Of a stretch of 47,942 nt of DNA, positions 1 to 14,246 are shown one piece after another. Position 1 is the first letter of the stretch, and the number at the start of each line of letters is the position of its first letter. The DNA is from Sphaeroforma arctica JP610 (lineage: Eukaryota), in contig NW_014040544.1 of NCBI RefSeq assembly GCF_001186125.1, positions 110,513 to 158,454 of the forward strand, given 5' to 3'. A model generated the notes under the pieces. That model had not been told where the DNA came from. It did not search any database and saw nothing but the letters and a program-made list of their open reading frames with translations. The translations under genes were made by a program, and so were the position numbers.

Positions 1-161
1 TACATATACATATACATATACGTATACTTATATTCATATATATATATATTATATATATATATGTATACAATATATGTATATATATATATATATATATATA
101 ACTATATATATATGTATACCTTTAAATATACATATACATACATACACACATACAGACATAC

Positions 162-198
<37 letters not shown>

Positions 199-315
199 TA
201 TATATATACAATATATGTATAAAATATATATATATATATAATATATATATACATACATACATACATACATACATACATACATACAAGCATGCATACATAT
301 ACATACATATATATG

Positions 316-346
<31 letters not shown>

Positions 347-569
347 GACTTACATATGACATATATACACACTATCATAATACATACATACATATATATA
401 TATGTATATGTATATACACATATATATATATATATATATATACGTATATATTTACTTACATACATATATATATTTATTTATATATTTTTACAACCCTCAA
501 TTCTATTTTTATATATTCTGCACACACACATATATATATATATATATGTACATATATACATGAATATAA

Positions 570-601
<32 letters not shown>

Positions 602-614
602 TAATATATATAAT

Positions 615-647
<33 letters not shown>

Positions 648-826
648 TGAAATATTGATATATTAATATATATATATATATATTGATATATATATTTATA
701 TATATTGATATATTGATATATTAATATATATATATATATATTGATATATATATTTATATATATTGATATATATGTATATATATATATATATATGGATTTA
801 TAAATACATATATATATATAAATAAC

Positions 827-859
<33 letters not shown>

Positions 860-1111
860 ATTCTTTTATATATATGACATATAAACACACTTATCATAAA
901 TACATACATATATATATATATATATACACGTCGTTTTATATATATATATTTATATATTTTATCACGTATATATATCCATACATACATATATATATATATA
1001 TACTTATATCCCTAAACTTTACTTTTTATATTTTATGCACACACGCACTTATATATATATGTATGTATATTTATTTATATATATAAATATATATACATTT
1101 ATATACATATA

Positions 1112-1142
<31 letters not shown>

Positions 1143-1942
1143 CAAATATATATAAATATATATAAATGTATATATCTATAAATATATAAATATGTATCTA
1201 TATATATATATATGTATATAAATATATATATATATTCATATATTATGTATATTTCCTATACATATTTATATATATACATGTATATTTATATATATAAATA
1301 TATATATATTGATATATATATTTATATACATGTATATATATATTTGTATATATATGTATAAATATATTTATTTTGATATACATATGTATATATATATATA
1401 TTGTTATTTATTTTGATATATATATGGATATATATATATCTCTCTTTAAATGTATCTCTAGATATACTTATATATATCTATATATCCATATATATATATA
1501 TATTAATATCTATATAAATATATTGTTACATATATTGGTAAATATTATATCTATATATATATATATATATATATAAATATACATGTACTTAAAAATATAT
1601 ATCTATATATTTATACGTATATATATATATCTATATATACATATATATCTATATCTATACATATATAAATATATACTTTTATAAATATATATATATATAT
1701 TTGAAACATGAATATATGGAATTTCGTATATATACATTTTTGTATGTGTGTATTTAGATCTGGTTTAGTAATTGTTTGTATATTTTGGATATGCAAGTAT
1801 TATTTACAACGATACACATACATACATACATATATACCTATATGAATATAGATTTCTATTTATACACACATGTATATATATATATATTCATATATATATG
1901 TATGTATATATATATTATGTACATACATATACATACGTATAT

Positions 1943-1979
<37 letters not shown>

Positions 1980-1985
1980 CTATCA
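1..1985. repeat. Low-complexity (TA)n/(CA)n/(TACA)n microsatellite tract, probably intronic to the PFK gene
   Basis: Nearly continuous TA/CA dinucleotide runs. ORFs here are Y/I/C/V artefacts. Similar tracts occur at ~6850-7200, 8845-9040, 9240-9420, 19490-19760, 20420-20575 and 36100-37060. Confidence 0.95.
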
Positions 1986-2243
1986 GTTTCTACGCAAATA
2001 TTGTTATTGTCACTGATGTCTACTATATTATCGTATCTATCTATATTGTTAGTGTCAATAATGTTTGTTCGTAGTATTGTTTGTATCAGGGCACCTTCTG
2101 CCGCATTACTGGCGATCGCAATTCTCCCACTATCTATACCTCCACTCATTTTCACACCCCAGCCACATCAGGACATACTCTCTTGCCCTGGCTATATGAA
2201 CTCTCCCGAGACTTATCACACCTTCATCACCGAACACTGACAG

Positions 2244-5200
2244 GGATACGAGGGTATGTATCAGGGAGGCGACAACATCAAGAAAATGGAATGGGCTGAC
2301 GTCAACATGATTATACACAGAGGCGGTACCATCATTGGCTCTGCGCGTTGTATGAAATTCCGTGAACGCAAGGGGCGTTTACAGGCGGCGGAAAATCTGC
2401 TCAAATGCAAAATCACAAACTTGGTGTGTACTCCGGTCGTTTGCCTATTTTTGAGTACGTATTCTTCTACTATCACTACAACGATGCTCGTGTTTTCCTC
2501 GTTCTTGTTCTGGAAGGGGTTTAGGGATGCGTGTTGTGCTTCTATTTCCACGATTGCGCGGATGAGTTTTTAATACCCTCGCGAGTAGGACCCGTGACAC
2601 AAGTTTCCTCAAAGAATTTCTGCGACCGTTGCTGCTATAGTGGTACACGCACGAAAGTGGTCAAACACACCCACAGACTACGAGTGTAGGGGTATGGCCA
2701 GCCACACTAGTATTGAAGCCCTATCGCTCTGGAATATTTGCCAGAGTGTTTTCAGGCACAGCCAAGCAAAGGACAGTTTATGTACGACGCACAAACTGCT
2801 ATCCGTAGCGGGGCACAGCACAGAATGAACTAGACGTGCTGTTTGAACATCGTCGTTCATCTGAGATGTATAGTAATTGCACCAAATACACTAGATATCC
2901 ATCATGTACACTGTCTTATTTGAGCATCGTCGTTTGTCTCAGAGATGTAAATTATAAATAGCACAGAATACAGTAGATATCCATCGTGTACACTGCCTTG
3001 TTTGAAAATCGCCGCTGATCGCAGAGAGGTATTATAAGCAGCACAGAGCCCACTAGATATTTATCTTGTATTGTTCGAACATGGCTGTTCATTTGAGGTA
3101 TGGATAAACATACTTTGTATTGTTCGAACATGGTTGTTCATTTGAAGTATGGATGAACATACCTTGTATTGTTCGAACATGGTTGTTTTAGGGTTTAGTT
3201 GAGGTATGGATAAACATGAAAGTACAGGCTGAACAGCCGCGTGCAAGTTGGCGCTTTCGCTGAGGTTCACGTATTTAGTTGGACGGTTCCTCAGGGCAAT
3301 CACCCGCGACGGCGGCTTTTGAATGATTGATTCTTGCAGCCTGCGATACTCATCAGTTGATATCACATGTCGCTGATACTAATACCTGTAAATGTGATGT
3401 AACATACCACAGATCGCCTGTGGAGGTGACGGTAGTTTAACCGGTGCTAATCTGTTCCGTTTAGAATGGCCGTCGCTGTTGGAAGAGCTCGTAGCTGAGG
3501 GTATGTTTTATGCAGATATGAAATGGTAAAAACATGTGTCTAAACCAGTTTCTACTTGCGACGTGTTTGTTAGTTTCTGATCACGGCATGCTTGGTTTAT
3601 TCTTTGTGTATACCAGAATGGATATGCGTAAATCTACCAATGCAATACATAATCATCGATGGGCTGCTATTTGGTGCTGTATGAATCTCTTATCTAATGC
3701 TCAACCCTATTGCAAGGGTTGTCTTTGCAGCAGTTAGTGATTCTTGTCAGTCGACCTCTAGTAATTACCCACTACACTTCTCGGAGTCTGATGCCCAAGT
3801 ACCTCGCACCAACATACCTACCACTTCATAGCACACCTACCATCCCATAACATACCTACAATCTTATAACATACCTGCCATTCCACAACATATCTACCAT
3901 CTTATAACATGACTACCATCCCATATCATGCCTACCAACCAAGAACATACCTACCATCTTATAATATACCTGCCATCTTAATACATACCTAGCACCCATA
4001 CCATACCTATCATCCAATAACATACCTACCACCCCATAACATACCTACCATCCCAGAACATACCTACCATCCTATAACATACTTACTATCTCATAACATA
4101 CCATAACAGGTCGTGTAACACAGGCGCTAGCAGACGAGTGCTCGTATCTGAACCTGGTGGGTCTGGTAGGATCCATTGACAACGATATGGTGTACGAGGG
4201 TGACCTGACAATCGGTACAGACACCGCACTCAACAGAATTGTGGAGTCTATCGATGCCGTTACAACCACTGCCGCGTCCCACTTGCGTACATTCGTCATG
4301 GAGGTGTGTTGACCTGACAAGGTTGTGCTGAGTTGACACCCCGAAGCGTAAGACTGTTTGCGTACTTGATCCCGTTCATCTGCACGTTAATGTGAGTATT
4401 GATGAATACGGTATTGTAGGGGGTCGGGATTGATGTGCTTAAATCACATACGCGAATGTGTATACCCGCTGTATATCTATATCTATATGCCCAAGTGTAT
4501 CTGTGTAAATAATTGGCACATTGGATCTCATCAATGCCAGTACTACCACTGCCGTGATCGTTTTGTAGCATCGTCCCTCGAGGGGTGTCTCTACAACAGT
4601 TTGCATAATTGCACAAACTGAGAATGAAGTCTCAGAAAAGTGTCATATATTCAGGTCATCCATATTCGATGGCATATAAACAGATTGTATATGTTTGCTG
4701 ACATGGTATATGTCTCATACCTAATTGTTCCCTTAACTGTGCTATGCTCTATGTTTCATAGTTAATCTTTCCCCTATACTGTTCTTCTGGTACTAGGTTA
4801 TGGGACGCTACTGTGGCTACCTGGCTTGGGCGGCCGGTATCGCCACCGCCGCTGATTTTGTGTTGATTCCCGAATCGCCTCCAGATGTGGACAACTGGGA
4901 GGAAGTCATGTGCTCCAAATTAGCGAAGGTGGGTGCGTAAAATCAGGAAGATCGTTTCGGTCGTAAAATTAGGAATATTGTTGTATCGTAAAATCGGATT
5001 TTTTTATATATATTTAAAATCAGGAATAATATTTTATATATGAAAGTATACACGAATAACCACGTTATTATATGCAATACGAACTGCCAGATAGTGCTCT
5101 TAGAGTAGGGCATTAGAGCATCTAGAAGGCTATCAGACGTTTTGTTTCTTTTCTGTCCTGCCACCGACCGTAATCTTCAACCTGGGAACACGTTACCTGA

Positions 5201-6902
5201 TTCTGTGGGGTAAACCTCCGGATGGCTGGACGGTGGGTTGGGTAGTAGTTACTACTATTTCCACTCACACTGTTTTATTCTCGCATTTGATCCAACAGCG
5301 TCGTAGTAGGGGCCAGCGCCTGTGTTTGGTGATTGTCGCAGAGGGAGCCATTGACAGACACGGAAAGGAAATCTCAGCCGAGCATGTCAAGAACGTCATT
5401 GTCGAGCGCTTGCAGCATGACACTCGTATCACCATTTTAGGACATGTGCAAAGAGGCGGGCAAACCTCGGCATACGATCGCCTGATGGCCACCATCACCT
5501 CCGCTGCAGCCGTTGAGAAGGTGAATGACTCGTACATATATGTCGTGACTGTCAGTGTATGTTTACGGTTTAGGGTTTAGGGTTCTCAGGCTGGGCTTAT
5601 GCATGCAGTGCACAGACGCAAAGGCACACTTATACACCCTTAAAACCCTACAAGCACCTGACCAGAGATGCGCAAGCTGCTCGTACACATGTTGACAGGC
5701 ACGTTGATCAAGCTTATGCCCATGCTTGTTTGTGTGTCTGGTCGCACGCAGATGTATTTGTGTGGCTATGCTTTTACTACCAGCACGAGAACTTACCATG
5801 TGAAACCGGTGTACAACCACTGAATTCGCACATGGCGTCGTGATTACGGCTGAAAACCCGTGTCAGAATCCCTCGTACGCGAGCATTGTCATACCTACCA
5901 TCACTTCCACGTGGACTAACATCGTCCTGCTTACTTTCACCGGTAGTCATACCTACCATCACTTCCAAGTGGACTAACATCGTCCTGCTTACTTTCACCG
6001 GTAGTCATACCCACCGTCACTTCCAAGTGGACTAGCATCGTCCTGATTACTTTCACCGGTAGTCATACCTACCATCACTTCCAAGTGGACTAACATCGTC
6101 CTGCTTACTTCCACCGGTATATTCAGGTGCTTGTGGCTAAGCAAGGAGACCCGGCAACCATTGTGGGGATGAAGGGTTCCAAATGCATCTTTGCCCCATT
6201 GGTCGAGACTGTCCAAGCGGTAAGTCAGGCTTGTCATTAGGGCACATCGCTATACTTTGTATTTGCTGTAAGCTATATTGTTTCTAGGAATCGGGTCTGT
6301 TATCTGTTTTGGACTATTTGTTGTACATGAACGTTTATATGGCGAGACGATCTCTTGGGAGGTAGGTATTGTGCAGCACAATGGGAAGCAGTTGGACGTT
6401 AGAGCCAATATCGGGTGTCACGTGTATAGTCTGTGGATTGATGACGCGGACCCGATTTAGTTGTTCCAAAGCAAGTTCGTAGTAGCAACTTACTGTATCA
6501 ACGGGGTGAGGCGCGGTCACTATACATCTGGTTTCCAGATATAAAATAACTTGTCTACCTAGATAAGGACCGACCCTGTTTCACACCTATTTGTCCTGAG
6601 ACAGGATCAATGCCCTGAGTTTCGAAATCGGGACTTATCTCAAGTTTCTGGGCCTATACCTAAGACTACGAATATTCTCAACGGTCTTCAATATTGTTAC
6701 AGACACAAAAAGTGGCCGAGTTGACCATCAACCTCAACTTCGCGGGAGCTATCAAACAGCGTGGAAAGAATTTCGACCGTGACTACGCATTCCATCTGCA
6801 GATCAATGGAACGGATGTGCGTCTGGCCGATGGCGTCAAGGCGGGGGTATGTCTATATTATAATTGTATATACATATATATATATCTATATATGTATTTA
6901 TG

Positions 6903-6935
<33 letters not shown>

Positions 6936-9348
6936 ATATGTATATATATATATTATTATATTTGTGTGTGTGTGTGTGTTTGTATAGGTATACGTATAGA
7001 TATGTAATTCTGTATGTATGTATGTATGAGTACTGTGTATATTTATATTTATGTATTTGTGTATGTATGTATGTATATATTCATGTATTCATTTGTATAT
7101 GTACATGCATATGTATATGTATATGTATACGTATACTTTTATGTATATGTGTAGGTTTATATATATATATATATATACATATATCTATATCTATATCAAT
7201 ACATATCGATATCACATGGAGATCAAATGTATTCTTTTGTAGACTATGATGCCAATTATTTCTTAATAGTCGAAGACCATTTGTTACTCGGTCGAATAGT
7301 TCGCGCATATATTAGCGATGTTGTATGTTGTGTATATTGGCCTTCAGGTATTCGCATTTTTGGATCAATGTTCTCTTGTTCCTATCCCAAAATATATACT
7401 TTCACCAAATGTCTTCAGCATACCAATTTTCATCCTCAAATATTATCGTTGATCCATTTCTATGCTCCAAATAATATATGTGATCTATTTCCCCCCAAAC
7501 AACCTTAGCAAAGTATTTATGGGTCAAGATCCTCTAACTCGGTACAAGTGTTTGCTTGATGTACTTCTGAGAGCTTTATGCTGATACTGCCTGATCTCGG
7601 TCTCTTATTGGTTCATTATCGTGAATACAGGAACACGGTGTTGGACTAGTGCACGTCGGAGCCCCAGCTGCCGGTCTCAATTCGTAAGTGTCATTAGTAT
7701 TAGTAATAGATGTCGTGTGTGCTAATGCAACGAATAGATGATATCGGAGCCCCAGCTTTCGTAAGTGTCATTAGTATTAGTAATAGATGTCGTGTGTGCT
7801 AATGCAACGAATAGATTATATCGGAGCCCCAGCTGCCCGTCTCAATTCGTAAGTGTCATTAGTATTAGTAATAGATGTCGTGTGTGCTAATGCAACGAAT
7901 AGATGATATCGGAGCCCCAGCTGCCCGTCTCAATTCGTAAGTGTCATTAGTATTAGTAATAGATGTTGTGTGTGCTAATGCAACGAATGGATGATATCGG
8001 AGCCCCAGCTGCCGGTCTCAATTCGTAAGTGTTATTAGTATTAGTAGTAGATGTTGTGTGTACTAATGCAACGAATGGATGATATGCGACTTCCATACCA
8101 ACGATTGTTCTAACCGAACGAGTCGTAGGGGGACTCAGCCCATCTGTGAAACTGAACGTTATCTTCACGTGTGTATGTTATGCGTTTGCCGGGTGCTGTG
8201 AGGCGGCGACTGTATAGTGGAGAGTATCAGAACTTCGCCACTCACCACCAAGGCAACAACCTAACATACATTTACTGGCACATCCCTTTAGTTTAGAAAC
8301 AGTGGTACTGCTTTTATTCGTACTAACCAATACGTTATCTGAGCATGAACCGGTCCATAAGCGAATGTTCCAGCTGATCCGTAGCAGTATCGAATGTCCT
8401 TGTTGATGTTGACTCATCCTTGTTCTCGCAACCCTCCGATACCCAGTGCCACACGAGCTACAACACGCTACATGCTGAATCATGGCTGGAAGGTGTTCGG
8501 AGTGTCGGATGGCTTTCAGGGGCTAGCAGAAGGGCGGTTAAAGGAACTGGGATGGATCGAAGTGGGAGGGTAAACTATTTATCTATGTATGTCTATCACG
8601 TGTTATGTATGCAGATGAGACTGGATAGTATAGAGCTGTATGGCAAATTGACCGAGGTTTGAGATTAGCGTGTGGAACAAAATTGTACGCATTGAGTCCA
8701 AACCTCAAGCTCTTTAATCACGCCATAACACATCTCATCCAACTGTGGCCTTAGTATATTAGGTAGGCACTCTGATAGCCTAAATATATTTAACCGCATA
8801 CGATTCGACCAATTATATCTGCATGTGAATCACTTCGTGCCAGAATATATGTATATGTATGTATACGTATACGTATACGTATACGTATACGTATTTATAT
8901 ACGTATATGTATATGTATATGTATATGTATACATATATAATTTATATTTTATATATTGTATGTATGTATGTATGTATGTATGTATATATATATATATATA
9001 TTATTGATATTATTATTATTATTATTTGTACATATATTCAATCTGTTTGTTGTCCATATCGCCACTACAGATGGCATATGAGCGGAGGCTCGCGTCTGGG
9101 TGTAAACCGTAAGTTGCCCAATGAGGTGGGCATTGAACAGTGCGTGGCAACCATCAAGGCCAACAACCTGAATGCGCTTTTCATCCACGGAGGTTTCGAG
9201 GCCTTCAACGCCGCAGTGCAACTCAAAGAAGCGAGGTATGTGTGTGGAGATGTGTGTGTGTGTGTTGCGCGTCTCTATCTCTCTCGGACTCTCCTTATAT
9301 CCAAACGAACCGGTATATATCTATACATACCAATATATATACACACAC

Positions 9349-9418
<70 letters not shown>

Positions 9419-10895
9419 GCGCTATTTTGTTATCTCCCTTTGTACCATCAGTAAGTAGCCTATTATATTTTTGTAGCACCTGCATGGTCGTGTGTTTTCT
9501 CTCCCGCCCAGTTTTAATTGTTGATCACATGCCTCTTTGTACATATACTCCACAGTACCAATATCCTTGCCACAGCGAGATGAATCCGAGCTACACATCC
9601 TTACTACTTTATATCCGTTTATTATCGTCAAGTAGTTTGAATCAATTCTCATCACACCGACGATGGTATCCAACCTCAATGAGGGTTCACCTTCCATCGC
9701 CGCTGCATAGGGCCAATTGACCTGAGTTATACCTCTGTGTTATACCTGAGCTATACCCCCACATCAGTCACATTATTTAGACCACCAGCACTCCATAGTC
9801 TTAGTCGCCGCTATAGAGAGAGACGTACCCTGAGTTGTATGCCCACGTTCTGGTGATGCACTGCACTACCAGCATCAACCAATCACTTACTATCACATCG
9901 TTGGTCCTACTAACATCTGGACATGCCTTGGTCACCGCCGCTCAGGGAGAAGCACCCGGAGTTGAACATCCCCATTCTGGTGATCCCCTGCACCATCAGT
10001 AACAACGTACCAGGAACGGACTGGTCGCTGGGCTCAGATACAGCCCTCAATGCCGTGTGCGATGCTATTGACAGGACTAAGGTCTCCGCCTCATCCTCCA
10101 AGCACAGGGTGTTTCTGGTGGAAACACAGGGTATATATGGGAGTTGACAAGCCGCACGAGTATATGGAAGCGGTCTAGTACTGTACTCAGAATAGAACGT
10201 GTGCAACGCGTACGTGCATGACAGAGTAATCACACGCACATATATCGTAGGCATGTACCTAGAGATAACACAAGGCGGTTTTCTGATAGGGGAAACAGTC
10301 TTTATACGGCAAGAGTCTAGTAAGCAGGGACGGACCCCGTCTCCTGGTACATGCCTGCCTCAGTCATTTACCCGCTCAAAGCACCAGACCTCTACATTGA
10401 TCTATACTTTACTTAAACTGTCCCACTCTTCTCCGCTTATTCATCAACCTGTCCCGCCCGGGCTGGTGCAGGTGCAAACTGTGGTTTCCTGGCAGGTATG
10501 TCTGCCCTGGCCTCGGGTGCGCACAAAGCGTGGGTGCCGGAGGAGAGCTGTTGTGTAGCGGATCTTAAGACAGACATCGAAATGATTAGGAACAGAGTCA
10601 GCCGAGGGGGACAGTATTCGGTCATTGTCAAAAATGATAAGTACGTGGTCGGTGGTGTTTATCTATACGCATGCGCGATTAGCCGGGTTGTGATGTTGCG
10701 GGTGAACGAACATTTCGTAGAGAGGAATGCTATGTATATACATGCATTGTGTCACATAATCGCAGCTCAAGATTTGGCATGCCTGCGTAGCAAACCTTAT
10801 AGTGCCAATCGGATCGTACCGCTACTTACTGGCGTAGACTCTTATTAACATACATGCATGAATGTTCACATGTACAAAGTTCGGTACTATTTATC

Positions 10896-10928
<33 letters not shown>

Positions 10929-11833
10929 TCCCAGAGATGAACCTTATACCTCCACCCCGCCTGTACGTACGCCATACAGATGCAATGCTTCGTACGATCT
11001 CGACTTCTTTACGTCTCTGTACTCACAAGAGGCGCAGGGCAAATTCTCTGTACGGGACTGTTCGCTGGGACACTTGTGCCAGGGCATGTACCCCTCGCCA
11101 CTCGACCGCGTGAGGTCGGCCCAGTTGGCAGCCTTCGCAGTGGAAACCGTTCTGAAATCGGTAGGTGGTTTCCGGATGTGCTGTCTCTGTGTGTGGGATT
11201 TGCTGGGTGTGACTGTGGGTCTGAAGGGGATAAGACACGCACACTAGGTGCGTAGAAGTACAAACGAATGCCATTTCTGAACAGAGATAGGTATACATAC
11301 ATGCGCCGGTGCACAACGTTTTTCTGAACTATTGTACACACCACGTGCAAGGCCACGAGTCCGGAGACAGACCAGTGACAAGAGAACCAAGTCTATTCTA
11401 GCTAGGTTCGATCGATTGTAAACCGGTTATCTTGTGGATTTACGCTGGTATCTAAACTAATCACGAGTCGATGAGAGAGATGACTTACTAGAAACTGTAA
11501 ATGAGTCTTTGTGTGACTACATTCATGCGTAGAATATAAGCATACATATCGTACTCAAGTATGTTGGTTAACTTTTTTTGTCTACACATATCTGCAAAAC
11601 TATCACAGCTCAACGAGTCCGGAGACAAGCCCGTTGGGGTTGTAGGCCACCGTGACGGCAGCTGTAGGATGACATCCATTGATGAACTTTTACCAGAGGC
11701 TGACTGTGAGAAGCGTGTGTGGAAGAAGCAGTGGTTCCTGAAGTACCTACCACTGGTTGGCCTGCTGTCCGGTTATGAACTAGGAGTGGACGGCCCAAAA
11801 GTCTTGCATGACATGTTTGACATGAACGAGTAG
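2244..11833 (+). CDS. pfk: ATP-dependent 6-phosphofructokinase, eukaryotic duplicated type; 5' exon(s) lie upstream of the window
   Basis: Manually spliced GT-AG exons with consistent phases: 2244-2423, 3413-3500, 4110-4303, 4797-4928, 5299-5520, 6127-6219, 6703-6846, 7631-7683, 8447-8569, 9071-9235, 9946-10130, 10472-10640, 10980-11160, 11609-11833 (718 codons incl. stop). Catalytic-half motifs: [49 protein letters not shown]. Regulatory-half motifs: [32 protein letters not shown]. Confidence 0.96.
3065..3217. repeat. Intronic tandem repeat, 49-bp period, 3 copies
   Basis: GTATTGTTCGAACATGG recurs at 3068, 3117 and 3166. Confidence 0.85.
3810..4105. repeat. Intronic minisatellite, ~19-bp unit (ACATACCTACCATCCCATA-like), roughly 15 degenerate copies ending at the splice acceptor
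   Basis: Repeated acatacctacca motif runs up to the AG at 4108-4109. Confidence 0.85.
5889..6119. repeat. Intronic tandem repeat, 58-bp period, 4 copies
   Basis: TCATACC(T/C)ACC at 5889, 5947, 6005 and 6063. The unit contains a CTAAC branch-point-like motif. Confidence 0.9.
7657..8085. repeat. Tandem repeat, 88-bp period, 5 copies, spanning an exon/intron junction of PFK
   Basis: CGGAGCCCCAGCT...TTCGTAAGT at 7657, 7745 (internally deleted copy), 7822, 7910 and 7998. Confidence 0.92.
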
Positions 11834-13118
11834 ATGTTACTAGTAGATGTTAATAGTAGATGTTAAAAGTGTGTTAGTGCGTCCAAATACCTTCTGCGGA
11901 ATTGTATATGATTCTTCCGGGGTATGGTATGGATTGAATTGGTGCAGGTATCGTTAAGCATCTGGGATAGAATAAAGTTATGGACCTATCACTGCACGTG
12001 TGTACTTGATAAGAAAGATAGCAATCTATTTGAAGAAATCGTTCACAATTAGATCGCGGACTCGATTCTTCAACTTATGGCGCAGGCACACTTCATAAGA
12101 ATTGGATGCATTTCCCTGCTAAAACTCGACAAGCACCCATGTGCAATATTGTTTATATTTATATGAATTTTGCGAAGTTACATTAGCTAGAATTACTTAA
12201 ATTCAAACAATGCGACAGTCACAATTGAATTTTGTGGCAAAATGTTTGAAGGCATTGATATTCTCGCACAGTATGTGAGCCGAGTTTGGTTGCATCTGCA
12301 AAACTCGCAAGCAGCCACCCCCCCCCCCCCTTTTTTTTTGGCAACAATGATTGAGTCCTATTCGGATCAGGACTATACTGGAGATACCGCTCGGAGGTTC
12401 ACTCGATTCCCGGAAATACGCCCACTTTTGATTATTCCCTTATACCAGTGTATTGATTTAGATCCTTGGTTAGATAAGCCCGTAGTTTTTCGGTCCTTAT
12501 TACAAAGTGCATATGATTCAACGCAACTCTGTACACAACATAACATGGTTTGTTTAATATTCATGTTTCAAATTGCCGCTTTTGGTTAAGCATGATGGTC
12601 TATACTGGCTGCACAAGAAGATTCGGCTAAAGCGTTGGCAGGTTTTTTTGTAACTTGATATGCGAAGCCAGCTTTTGGACGTACCCGAATATATGTGTGT
12701 ATTACACTTGATCAAGCTCCGGTATACACACCGATGGACTCTTATAAATATATGTGTATACATGTGTATCCCACTCATACTTGACTTGCTGGTCCGCTCA
12801 TACTCTCTTGGCCGCATATACACGCTTGGCTTTATAAGAATTACCATTAGGCGTATAGTTGTCTCACAAACTACTAATGTGCTGTCGATTGTATGCGCAA
12901 GCATATTGCTCGATGATCGACAATGGTTCAGTTTCGAGTTGTCCCTGGATTCCAACTAAATTTCCCGCGATCTCCGCACCCAAAAGTAATAAGTATAGAC
13001 GTGAAATACAGAGAAACCCTAGACAGACTTCAAAATCGTAGTCTCTTAGCCTATTGGCTTTAAATACAGATAAGGCCTATTTTCTGAATAAAATAATAGC
13101 ACGACAGATTTTATCGTA

Positions 13119-13169
13119 CAAACCCTAAACCCCTAAAACTTAACCTTTAAAAAACCCTAAATCCTAAAT
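13119..13169. repeat. Cluster of telomere-like/telobox motifs (AAACCCTA) upstream of the nuclease gene
   Basis: caaaccctaaacccctaaaacttaacctttaaaaaaaccctaaatcctaaa. Similar motifs at ~3187, 5568-5584, 16315 and 36022-36037. Confidence 0.5.
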
Positions 13170-14246
13170 TGATGAGTCATCGCACGTCACGGGAATTTCA
13201 CGCAATGAACACGTCGAATGTCCTGCACATTGTTTTTTTACATAGAAGGCTATGTGCACATATGTATATATTTATGTGTTTAGCTTAGCCTATGCCCTAT
13301 AAAGCTTCCAATCAGACATTATTTATGATACTATTTGTATCACAAAAAGAACAAAGGTTAGAGAACACACTGTCGACCATTTTTTTTTATTAACAAAAAA
13401 GCCATCCGCGACAGGAAGACTTTCAAAGTTCCATGAATGTAAAACTGTGAACTGACTACTATCTTGACTAGTATAGTTACTTGTAATCAGGTAATTTATT
13501 TTGCTTTTGCCAATACCATAAAGTGCAGATCCATAAAGTCAACTCCTGTTGTCGCAATTTAGCCGTACTTTGCCTATTGTGTAACATGGAAGTCTTCTCA
13601 AGACTTTCAATTGAAAATACGAAAAAGATGTTTGCTGGCGAGTATGAGTAATCTCAGTGATCGGTCATGCGTATTCCATATACCTTTTATGCTCTATACG
13701 TGCACTCACAATCACAATCACATGCATGCACACACGTATATATATTNNNNNNNNNNNNNNNNNNNNNNNNNNNNNNNNNNNNNNNNNNNNNNNNNNNNNN
13801 NNNNNNNNNNNNNNNNNNNNNNNNNNNNNNNNNNNNNNNNNNNNNNNNNNNNNNNNNNNNNNNNNNNNNNNNNNNNNNNNNNNNNNNNNNNNNNNNNNNN
13901 NNNNNNNNNNNNNNNNNNNNNNNNNNNNNNNNNNNNNNNNNNNNNNNNNNNNNNNNNNNNNNNNNNNNNNNNNNNNNNNNNNNNNNNNNNNNNNNNNNNN
14001 NNNNNNNNNNNNNNNNNNNNNNNNNNNNNNNNNNNNNNNNNNNNNNNNNNNNNNNNNNNNNNNNNNNNNNNATATATATATTTAAGGGTCTACTTGTTGT
14101 GTTTTCAGTTTATGTATTGTGTACACGTAGGTTTTATTGCTCATCCAAGGTATGGTTTTTCACTCGTACCTTTGTGCTTATATACACCTAGACAGGGTGA
14201 TTAAGAGTCAGAGTGATAGGAGTGCGTGGGGCGACGCGTAGTCAAC

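Noticed and set aside
49..2074. Many Y/I/C/V-rich ORFs in the ORF track (also ~6760-7310, 8825-9720, 19490-19830, 20390-20680)
   Set aside because: Translations of TA/CA microsatellites or intron read-through; no protein signal.
7657..8085. CRISPR-like appearance of regularly spaced repeats (also 5889-6119, 16869-17073, 38131-38343)
   Set aside because: No unique spacers; whole units are repeated; eukaryotic context with no cas genes.
12242..13041. ORFs of 60-133 aa between PFK and the nuclease gene
   Set aside because: No recognisable motifs or exon structure; likely intergenic.
13611..14204. Long ORFs spanning N runs (also 36271-37119)
   Set aside because: Artefacts of assembly gaps.
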